Shown: positions 15,787-27,817 of the stretch, piece by piece
Layout of the letters: every line of letters begins with the position of its first letter
Numbering within the stretch: position 1 is the first letter of the stretch
Assembly: GCA_943704425.1 (NCBI GenBank)
Contig: CALSCP010001674.1
Span: forward strand, 124,096-188,095
Length of the DNA stretch: 64,000 nucleotides
From: Ministeria vibrans ATCC 50519
Lineage: Eukaryota > Protista > Filasterea
Reading direction: 5' to 3'
Notes under the pieces: model-generated
What the model was told of the DNA's origin: nothing
What the model saw: the letters and a program-made list of their open reading frames with translations, nothing else
The model's database searches: none
Made by a program: the position numbers and the translations under genes

Positions 15787-16396
15787 ATGAGCGGTGCATG
15801 GACCACGGGCCTTTTCGGCATTTTCGATGACCTTGATGTCTTTGTAAGGATCACCTTATGATTTCCTGTTTGTTTTCTCAACTCCCGTTTCAGATCTACG
15901 GCTCGTCGAACCGCTGCCTGGCGATCAACAACAGCGTGATCCTTGGCGAGGGCAAGGCTGTCTTTGGCCTTGGTAAAGGAAACCTTTTCCGTTGTCACTC
16001 TTGTGTTAACTTTGGTCACAATTTTAATTTTGTAGACGCGGAGAAGATTGCAGGTCCCTTCAAGGACGCCGGATGCATTGGCACTGATGGTACTTTCTGT
16101 GTGAACGCCGTTGTGTGCAGCATTCTGCCGGTACGTGTCAAAAAAATGCGGAGAAATGCAATAACATATTTTTATACTATAGTGCCTTTACTTCCTCTGG
16201 CGCGGAGAGGTGCGCAACAAGTTCGGCATTGAGGGTACGCAAAAGAAAAGATTGAGGAGAGAACTTACGAAAAAGGTTTTTTTTGCTAGGCTCTCCTCTG
16301 GGCGACCTTGGCGCGTGCGTTCTGTGCGGCGTCTGCGCGATCCTCCAGGACTCGCGCACTATGAAGACCAACGGCCTTGCTTACATGACCAAGTAA
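15787..16396 (+). CDS. PLAC8-family cysteine-rich protein, five exons
   Basis: MSGAWTTGLFGIFDD...ILPCLYFLWRGEVRNKFGIEGSPLGDLGACVLCGVCAILQDSR matches the PLAC8 pattern WxTGLF / RxxxRxKxGIxG..xD...CxxCAxxQ. Confidence 0.85.
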
Positions 16397-16531
16397 ACAC
16401 CTTTTTCTTCTTATTAATTTTCAATATTATTCGAACAGTGGAGAACGTATTCATTCCTTCCAAGGCAAAATGAGTTGATTTTTGTACAAGGGTAAAAGGC
16501 GGTGGGACTGTATTATGTGTTGTTCGTTACA

Positions 16532-18014
<1,483 letters not shown>

Positions 18015-18673
18015 GGTGTATTGTTATTGGAGTGGTAGAGTATGAATTAAGATGTTCGAGTGGGGGAAAGAGAGTGAATAAAAGTGATTTGCGGTCGAGC
18101 GATGAATTCGCGTTTATACTTGTGGGTCGAGCTCTCTTGCATGGTCACGACACGTCACCCAAAGCCTGTCGGGCGTCTCTCTATCTCACAGCAACCTTAG
18201 AAGTTGATTCATTTGCTGTCTCTGATCTCGCATTGGCATCTCGCCAAGATCCGCCAAGACTTCTCCGTCTTTCCCAATGATAATTGTCTTCACGTCTTCT
18301 GACTCGCCAAGACCCAAGATGACGAAATATTTAATATTATCAACTCCTTCTATTCATGCTTATTATGAACTACATATAAAACATCCTGCCCCCGCCCCCC
18401 AGACAGCCCCCCTGGTTAAATAAGTTAATGGTTGCGTCTTAATTTTCACATAATTTTACCTTCAAATTTTGGAGTCGGAAATGGTGACTAACGAAGGACG
18501 AAGATACAAAACAGTCAACAAAGTTCCTATTGCGTCCTTTCCAAACAACTCATAACTCAATAGCTTAAAGTGGTCACAAAACTGGCTTGCGCAGTGGCTC
18601 ATGCCCCATTGTTGATCTCCATTTGAAATGCGATCTCAATTAGTTGAGTTGTTTTCTTTCTTCACTGTGTATC

Positions 18674-19799
18674 ATGGGTAAGCAGCCTTTGCCGTCTCGC
18701 CCTCGCCTCTTCTCTCTGTCTCAGTCCCCCTTCCTTTGATCCGTCTCATCTGCTTTTTCCAGGCTCGAGTGTCGCACCGACCGCATCAGCCGCTGTTGCA
18801 GCGCTCCTCCTCGTCCTTACAGTCTCAGGTAACGCATGCCCCGCACACACACACATACATACGCCACTCTATCCTTTGTCGTATGTTCATCATCTCAAAC
18901 GAGCTGATTTTTTTCGTTTGTCCAAAAAACGGAATTCCTTTGCGCGAAATCGCGCTGGCCACTCCGCGCTGGCCACCCCTGCGCACTGGATCATGGTGTA
19001 CCTTCATCGATGGCGAGGCGCATGTAGCAAATGATGCTTCGGAAGAGGGCGAAAATCAACTTTCAAAGTCTGCAAGCGTTCTCTTTGCCACGTGTAAAAC
19101 CCACTTTAGCGCCTCTGTTCATCGTCAGGCCATGCGCGAAAGCACATTGCATGAGCACGTGCACCAATTCCCAGCAAGAAACCGCCGAATTGTCGAGAGG
19201 ATCGACGTTGCCACGGTGGCTTCTCTTTGCTTCCTCCCCTCCGCTTGCGCTCACGCCACAACCCCCGTTCGGGGTCACGGAAGCCATGCTGACCCCCTAC
19301 GTGCTTTCCTTCAATCTTGTTGCAGGTCTCCAAGTGTTCAAGACGACGCTTGGCTCGTCTGAAGCACTTACCCTTGTCGGTGGAGCCGCTTCGTCTCTCG
19401 TCACTCTCTTCTCGCTGACGGTACAAAGCACACGGGATTCAGCCAGACACACCACCAACAACACACATGGTGTATAAACCTCTCTCGCTTCATCTGTATA
19501 GGCGTTAAGCAACCTGGAGGAGATTGTGCTTGGCGAAGGCACACAAACGGGCTGGGTCGAAGTGATCATCGCCCTTCTCTCGGGTCTCTCTGTTGCCGGT
19601 TCCATCCACCGTGTCTCTGTCACTGTCTGGTACTCCTCATCACGGCAATCACACCACCACCATTGATTGAGACCAATATTAATCTTTGTTTTGTAGTCTG
19701 ATCTGCTCTGCTCTTCTCATTCACGGCGTCAACAACATCTCTGCCAAGACGTACTATGGTAGTGTGGCGCCTGTTCGTTCTTCCAAGAAGAACAAGTAA
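18674..19799 (+). CDS. KRTCAP2: KRTCAP2 / KCP2 oligosaccharyltransferase subunit, five exons
   Basis: Spliced protein ...GLQVFKTTLGSSEALTLVGG...FSLT|ALSNLEEIVLG...IHRVSVTVC|LICS...NNISAKTY...SSKKNK*; the IHRV motif and C-terminal KKxx ER-retrieval signal are as in KCP2. Confidence 0.88.
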
Positions 19800-19905
19800 A
19801 AAAAAACGCCAATCGTGAATCGTTTTGTTTTTTCAAGTGAAAGGATAATCAGCATAATTATACAAAATTTATAGTCTGTAAAACGTTATGACTGTATTTT
19901 GTATT

Positions 19906-19953
19906 TAACCCTAACGCGAACCCTACCCCCAACCCTAACCCGAACTCTTACCC
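19906..19953. repeat. Degenerate telomere-like (TAACCC)8 tract
   Basis: taaccc taacgc gaaccc tacccc caaccc taaccc gaactc ttaccc in exact 6-nt register. Confidence 0.6.
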
Positions 19954-20139
19954 TGTACAACACTCCCGAGTCCCGACTCCTCACTTCTGACATGACAATC
20001 CAACCACCAGCAATCAAAGCATACCGTTTAATCACGTAGTCTGGTCCCTTACTCCTTTTTTGAGATGATGAGATGATTGAATAAAGAAAATAATTATAGT
20101 GCTTTTGTCTCTCCTCTACGCCTACCTCTTTTAGTTGCC

Positions 20140-22323
20140 ATGTCGTGGCAGCTCGTGATCACGCCCATTGTGGTCCTCGTCGCACTGCATATGATCTATG
20201 AGGAAGTTGATGTTCCGGTACGTTTGTGTTTTGGGGTTTGTCTCTGAACTCAGCCCATTTCAAGGCGATTGTCCTCACAAAGCTCACCGACGCGGCCACG
20301 AGGTCGATGAAAAAGGATGTTGTGGTGTCTCGTGTGGCCGTCGGACTCAATGGCAACCTCGATATGGTGCGGTGTGTTTCAGACTGTTGTTTCTCCCTCT
20401 CAACCACTCACTCTCTCTCTCTCTCTCTTTTGCTGCAGATCGCGTCGGCCACGGACGTATTCTCGCGAATCGGCCTGCAGCCAGAGCGTGCGCATACACA
20501 TCTTGCTCTCTGCAGCCTCGACTGACTCTCTTTCCTTGTGTGTTTGGTGCAGGTAATGCGTTCAATCACGAAGTCATTGAGTCGGCAGACCAACTGGCCG
20601 ATTGCTTCGCCTACGTCTTCCCTCGCTGTCAAGGCACCGAACGATTCGTCTCCAATTCAACTCTATTCAAGCAACTCGTGGATGCAGCCATGCAGACGGC
20701 GGGCGTGAAGGTACAGATCGATCTCAGTGCAGTGTATGTCCAGTGTATGTGCAGTGTTTGTGCTGTGTATGTGACTTGGTTGCCTTAGACATCCATTGGA
20801 GGAAACGCCGCACTTATGGGCAACACGCTGGCAAAGAGAGGCAGCAAAGTAGGTCCTTTTCATCCACCTTCCATTCGCTGTGAACAGTCTCGTTGTGTGT
20901 TTTCAGGTGCTTTTGGGGGGAGTAATCGGACCCCAACTGGCCAAGTTGCTTCCTTCCTCGATGGAGTATCCCCCCGAAACAGTCACAGACACAGTTAGAA
21001 CAAACCAAAAATGTAAAAAATAGAGTATGAAACATTGGTATCTATAGGATGAAGTGCATCTCATATTGGAATACCATCAAAACGACCAATGGAACTCACT
21101 CATAGGTACAGTTTCTGTTGTTTAAACCTCTTTTTAAATCGTGTCTTTGATTTTCCTAACGCCAAAAACACAAAGCTCCATGTGCAAACCGGCTGATCCT
21201 GCACAACGACATTGCAAATGCGGAGTTGCGTTCGCTGGAGGCATTTGGGGCTCGCACAGTGGAGTTTGGGGCGCAACTGCTGCTCGTCAGTGGAGTCAAT
21301 ATTATGGAGGGGCTGAAAGATGAGGGTACGAAGTGGGTAGCGGAGGAGGGGCTAGGGGCTGTGATGTGTGGTATTTTGTTGTGTGTGTGTGTGTTTTTTT
21401 TTTTACTTCTTACTCGCTCTCACTTTTATTTTTTTAGAATACCGTTTGAAACGCCTTCAGCAACTTTCCGTCTTTCTTCAGACTATTTCTCCGTCGATTC
21501 CCATCCACTTGGAACTTGCAAGTTTTGGCGATCCCAAGTTTCTCAGATTGGCCGCACAAACACTCTTTCCCTTAGTCGACTCTGTCGGTAAACACACACA
21601 CACATACATATATACTATCGTTTATTCTGTGTATTTCACTCACGTATGTACATACACACACTATTCTGTAGGACTAAACGAACAAGAACTGTCGCTTGTC
21701 GTGGAAACATGCGATGGCCCTGCACACACCGTCACCATTCGCGACACTCCCCGCATTGCCTTGGTTGCCGATGCCCTCCACTGGCTCCTCCATTCCCGTT
21801 TTCCCCACCACTCTACCAAATCGCGTCTCTCTCGCGTCCATTTCCATTCCTTGTCTTTCCACATGACCGCACAAGTACGAATCGCACACATACACACACA
21901 CACACACACACACAATGGGATTAACACAGCGATATGATAATTATAGCGTCCACAGGTGTGGTCGCACACGCAGTCGAGCACCGCCTGGGGCTCCCTCACA
22001 GCCACTCGCCAGGCCTGCAACTTTACCGGCGCCGTCCCTTCCTCTGCTGTTCAACTGCGCTTACCCGCCCAGTTGGTACATGATCGTGTCCGCTTTGATC
22101 CCCGTCGCGCCGCTAAGCTACTTTTTCAAGAGTGGTCTAAAGACCACATTGAGTTCGCCTATGCGCCCGTTTTGGTAACGCTCAACACACCACGTATATC
22201 TAGTTCTAACTCACTCATCGCTCCTCTCAGGTGTGCAAGCGACCAGTGCACACAGTGGGTCTGGGTGATGCCATCAGTGCCACTGGCATCCAATATGCCC
22301 AGTTCAACCAACCGTCCCCGTAG
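20140..22323 (+). CDS. ADPGK: ADP-dependent glucokinase, multi-exon
   Basis: N-terminal hydrophobic anchor; RVAVGLNGNLD, IGGNAALMG, DEVHLILEY, ANRLILHND, IHLELAS, GLNEQEL, RVHFHSL, VGLGDAISA. Confidence 0.92.
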
Positions 22324-22399
22324 TACATTAAACAACCAAAACACGATTCAGTCCGTACGGCACACTCATCATATCATCATCATCATCACACACACACAG

Positions 22400-22498
<99 letters not shown>

Positions 22499-22581
22499 GA
22501 AAGAGACTCACTCACTCACTCACTCACTCACTCACTCACTCACTCACTCACTCACTCACTCATTCACTCACTCAATCGCAA

Positions 22582-23171
22582 TCAAACGGTCTGCTGGCAC
22601 ACGGGCACTGCCAGTCCCATCTCCACCAGTGTCTCCCGTACCATCAGCACTGCCGTCCGCATATCACTCGCAAACATCCGCCCAATGTGGCCCAGTCGGA
22701 AACACTCCGCATTCGTCAGTTTTCCCGGATAAATCGCAATTCCGTGAGCAAACATTCCGCGAGCAAACGCGCCAAAGTCAAACGTGTCCGATTGGGGATA
22801 GAGAAACGTTGAAATGATACAGCCACGAGAAGACTCAGGCACAAACGACTACGTAGTTATCACAACCAGAGTCAGATTCAAGAATGAGTGAGCGTGTAAA
22901 TAAGTGGGAGTCAAATCAGTGTCTAAATCGTACCTCAAAGCCCAACTCGGCCATTCCCTTGAGCAGCACTTTGGCGTTCTCCTCATAGCGCTCTCTGCGC
23001 TTCTCCGGTCCGCCTTCGGTCTCCAGCTCCCCCAGTGCCGCATTGAATGCCAACAATGCGTGCGTGGGCGGAGTGAACCGGAACTGTCCGTTCTTCTCCA
23101 GTCCAGTCCACCTTGGAAGAACCTCATTTCGTTTACCATTTCGATTGTGGTTGTGCGCTTTTTGTGTTTGC

Positions 23172-23236
<65 letters not shown>

Positions 23237-24152
23237 GTGTCGGTGTGGTATTTGAACTTGTTGTTACTGTGCGTGTAAATCCAGTGAAAGCGATCGGGAG
23301 TTATTGGCCGTGGTTTCAAAGTGCGATCGTCGACACAGCGCAAAAGCGAATCCTGCAGAGATATCAGTGGACACATTATACAATACTGTCATAGGGACTT
23401 TTCCAACCTGGAACGCCTTCGATGCACTTGTTGGCACTCGACACAATGTAGTCAATGGGCGAGTCCTATATCGGTGCAGGTGTTTAAATCGTGCAAGCTT
23501 GCAGCACAGGCTACGTCGTACCTTGAGGTTGACTGGATAACAACCAAAAGCTGACATGGAGTCCACAATGTAGACGAGATCCGGTCGCAGTTGCTTTGCA
23601 GCACGTCCAATCTCTTCCATGGGGTTCAGCACACCACATGTTGTCTCATGGTGCACAATTGCCAGGTGGGTGAGAGACGAGTCGCTTCGGAGCGCCTCAA
23701 GAACCGCCTCGCATGGTACAGACTAAATAGTACATCTCATCCCAATTCATGTTTGTTTGTTTCACCCTGCTGGCGAGTCTTACCGTCCGCTCCGAGAAGT
23801 TGACTAGGGTGTGAGGAATGTCGAGGACCTCGGCCATAGTTGCCATGCGACGTCCGTAGGCGCCATTGGCAATGATCAACAATTTGGCGCCGTGACGGGG
23901 CAGGACAGTTGTGAGGACGCTCTCGACGCAGAAGGTGCCGGAGCCTTGCATGATCACCGACTCCCAGCCATCTTGGGTGGTGACTCCAGCGACGCGCAGA
24001 AGCGAATCACGCACATGCTGGACGAGCGCGACAAAGGCCGGATCGCGCGACCCGTAGTCGTGCGCCATGGCCTGCTTCGTCGACAGCGACGTCGTCAGCG
24101 GACCCGGCGTGAACAGCAGAGGAGTCCGGTCGGTTTTGATGCTGGTGGACAT
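22582..24152 (-). CDS. phnW: 2-aminoethylphosphonate--pyruvate transaminase (PhnW/AEPT), multi-exon
   Basis: LLFTPGPLTTS, DYGSRD, QGSGTFCVE, NGAYGRRM, HHETTCGVLNP, VDSMSAFG, PLP lysine motif SANKCIEGVPG, QFRFTPPTH, IYPGKLTNAECFRLGHIG. Confidence 0.93.
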
Positions 24153-24440
24153 GTTGGATGAGAGTGGGGCGGGAGAGGTGAGGCCTTAATAAAAGAGTTG
24201 TATTGTTTATTTTTTTCATTTCTTAACTCATGTGCGATCGAGATGGGAAACTTTTTCCTCTGCCCCAAATCTTGAGAAGGCAATTTCCGAATGAAGGGCC
24301 GAATGAATGCTGTTTTATGATTGATTTATGGCTTTCACAATACAACGCTGGAAGTAGATGGATGGAATCTTGACTCGTAAGAAAAGAAAATGACAATCAT
24401 ACTGTCTTATACTTATACAACGACCATCACAGGCTCTGAG

Positions 24441-26163
24441 CTACGCCACGGAAAACCCCAAACCCTTTTGCATTTCCAGTTCTTCCTGTTGTAAGTCTTC
24501 GAGACCTGTCTGACTGTGGGATCTCGAGGGAAGCTGGTACAAACGCTGCTGCCGACGGGAACGCGCAAGGAAAGCCAAGACGAAGGCAATGAAAACCAGA
24601 AAAAATGCAATGACGCCCACCACAATGGCCGCAAGATCATCATCACTGGAGGAATTCTGACCAAGACCGCCAACAATAACCTGAGTAGTCTCCATCACAC
24701 TTACGGTCGTCCCCATGGCGTCTTGAGTGGTCTCCATAGCGTCTTGAGTGGTCTCCATTGCAATCGCGGTCGTCTCCATGGCATCTTGAGTGGTCTCGAT
24801 GGCGTCTTGAGTGGTCTCCATAGCGCCTTGAGTGGTCGCCATCGCAATCGCGGTCGTCCCCATGGCGTCTTGAGTGGTCTTCATAGCGTCTTGAGTGGTC
24901 TCCATTGCAATCGCGGTCGTCTCCATGGCATCTTGAGTGGTCTCGATGGCGTCTTGAGTGGTCTCCATAGCGCCTTGAGTGGTCTCCATTGCAATCGCGG
25001 TCGTCTTCATGGCGTCTTGTGTGGTCTCGATGGCAGGCAAGGTGGTTTCCACCGCAGCAGTGCTCTCGGCCAGCCGCATTGTCTCCATCCCGTCAATCAG
25101 CGTCGTCTCCACATCCCCTTCCACGCTGCTCTCTACCGTTGCACTCAAACTGTTGAGCTGTGTCGCCAGATATGGTCGGTCCACAGTCGGACACATAATC
25201 GTCTCGTCCGTCGCATTCCACGCTCGTATTTTACTTCCCACTGCCTCCAACATATTGTTCCATCTACGAAACTCACACAAAATAAGCCAGCAGGAAACCC
25301 CCCCCCCAAAAAAAAAAAAAAAAAAAAAAAACAAAACAAAACAAAAACACCCACACAGTTTTCTCCAAAAACGCTAAGCATATTGGTCTTACAATGTTCT
25401 CCCGCTCAACATGTGAGACTTTTTCGAGAAGTCTATTAAACAAAAACGTAAGTTTCTCTCTCGTTGCACACACCCCAATTTTGAAATGGTCATACGAAAA
25501 CAATCGAGAGCCAGATAAGAGGTGTCGGGGGCACCAGACGATGAGAGAGGGAAGGAAGTCTGCTCAAAGAAAGGCTGAACAACGACCGTGAAGTTGTCGC
25601 TGAGAGAGAAGCGTGGGAGGGCCGCAAGAGAGTGTGTGAGGGTGACGTAGTCGAGGAAGGCGTGGTGAGTTAGGTTGCGTTGGGATGCATCGACAGTGGA
25701 CGTGCCGCACGGACAAAATCCTTTGACGAATGCTTTGCAGGGCGCTGTGACGCTCACTTGATACAGCTCGGTCACATCAATGGTCGTCACTAGGTTGACA
25801 AAGGTGCGCGGCAGTGATGTGCGCAGAAGGTCCAGTGCCGTCTCAATGTGTCCAATGTATGTGTTGGGCTGGGCACTCGCAGACCCTTCGCACACACGGC
25901 ACAGATCGTTGCCGCCGACAAAAATGGTGACCACCTAAAACTCATGTTGTCTCAGTCTCATTCGATTGGACTCACTGTGCCTGTCTCTATTCTCGGTGAC
26001 GCACCTTCCAGTCATTGTCAAAGTCAATGGACGAGTCAGCACGAACCTTGTCCACAAGCGTCTGAGCCTGCGTCGCCATGTTGCTGCCTTTCGCCCCCGA
26101 CTCCGCCACATTTAGTTGAGCATTGGGAGTAGTCCCATCACCCGTTCCAAAAGACCAGCCTGC

Positions 26164-26247
<84 letters not shown>

Positions 26248-26355
26248 GGAGAAACAAAGTAACAGGGAGAAAAAGAGAGAGAGAAACAAAGTAATAGAGA
26301 AGAAAGAGAGAGAAACAAAGTGATTGAGAGAAAGAGAGAGGGTGTGCGTAAGTGT

Positions 26356-26412
<57 letters not shown>

Positions 26413-26970
26413 TGTATGTATGCGTGTAAGTGAGCGGCGCGGGATCAGACGAGGAGGCCAGTGGGATGGTGGTGAGCGTGTGAGAGGGAGGAACACTCAC
26501 TGGTGTACCTTTGATGTTGGGATTGAATTTCTTGAAGAAATTGGGGAGTGTTGTGGTCGTTTCAACGGTCGCGTCGCCGCCGATGCTCCAGCTGATGCCT
26601 CGATATTCAGTGCCAAACTCAAACAGGCTGCGCGACTCGGCGACAGCGCCCACAGTAATGGAGTCTGGGGACCACAGCAAATCACAACGCAAGTCAGATC
26701 TCCTTGCGAACGTTCTCTTCAATCCCTCACATATACGCACCTCCAAGGGCCGCAATGACTTTGATATCGCCCGGACGTAGCTTGTGGACGCTGGTCGGCA
26801 CAGAGGACGACGCTGCCAGTTCCGTACACGAAAACTACAAAAATATCATAATTATAATTATGTTGTGTGCCACAGAACGAAATGCAGACTAAAATAAAAG
26901 GTCTACACACCTGCTGGCAGTGTACACCGACGGTTCCTACGACCAGAAGAAGAAGTAGGGCCACTTGCAT
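24441..26970 (-). CDS. Phospholipase B1-like GDSL/SGNH lipase: signal peptide, one catalytic domain, Thr-rich stalk, transmembrane helix
   Basis: [17 protein letters not shown]|[38 protein letters not shown]|HFS, LWNNMLE...CPTVDRPYL, then ([14 protein letters not shown])n and a TM helix [20 protein letters not shown]. Confidence 0.88.
24700..25050 (-). repeat. Coding 21-bp tandem repeat (7-aa xETTQxA units) forming a mucin-like stalk
   Basis: About 16 units of [21 protein letters not shown] with higher-order periodicity in the DNA. Confidence 0.9.
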
Positions 26971-27189
26971 GTCCGAAATCCAATTTTTTGGGGGATCGAA
27001 AAATACTGATAATTGAATAAACTTGTTTATTCTCATTGATCGTTTGATACAAGTTAGACAATCACATAACGTCGATTTGTGGTACGCGCCGTTCGGTTTA
27101 CAATTTCCACCGATTTTGGCATTTTGCAGTTGTCCCATAAGAAAGGTCAACACATCAAATGTAAATAAGGAGTGCCGTGGATGCCGCAC

Positions 27190-27510
27190 TCACTTGCCAC
27201 TCCCGGCCTTGGCTCTGGGCACCTTCGTCTTGCTCGCACCGGCGGGGCGAGTTCGAGGGCCTTTCGCGCGTTTTGGGTGAGAGACTTTTTCGGTCGAGGA
27301 ACTTGCGGACAAGTCCTTGCGCAATTCTTGCTCATCGACGGGCTTTGACTCGGCGCGAGTCAAGGAGTCGATGCACAGCCGTGTGGCGAGGCCCAGCCAC
27401 TCGGTCGGAGGCAGTGGAAGGGCCGAGGGCGTTGGGGGAGCGCGAAGGCCGGCGTACGCGCGCTCCTGGGCGGGCAGGCGGGGGAGCCGCATGGTCATGG
27501 TGTCGGTCAT
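27190..27510 (-). CDS. Small hypothetical basic, proline-rich protein
   Basis: GC-rich 106-aa ORF between AT-rich flanks; no family recognised; an upstream exon is possible. Confidence 0.45.
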   Translation of the reverse strand: MTDTMTMRLPRLPAQERAYAGLRAPPTPSALPLPPTEWLGLATRLCIDSLTRAESKPVDEQELRKDLSASSSTEKVSHPKRAKGPRTRPAGASKTKVPRAKAGSGK

Positions 27511-27817
27511 GCTTGAGTGGGCGTCGTGCTTGTGCTACTGATACAATATGTCACACACTTTGCAGTCTATTTTCACAGAGAAAAATAATAATAGTTGAAA
27601 ATTGAAAAACGTGACTGGAATTTTCCCTCTCGACTCACGAAACTACCGAGAGAAGTAAAACCAAATCCTCTTTTTACTTTTAATTTTCGCCTTGTTAGCT
27701 CTTTACTTGCTTCTTCACTCTTGCGCTGGTGATATTTTCTCTTCTATGCTCTTGCCGTCGGGAGAGTTTGATTCCAAGCCGAACTTGCCGCCTCTCGCGC
27801 GATCACTCTCCCCCCTG

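Noticed and set aside
18829-19325. U3, U4, U17 or SRP RNA identity for the KRTCAP2 intron
   Set aside because: Partial motif resemblances lack correct spacing and required boxes; kept only as an unassigned candidate.
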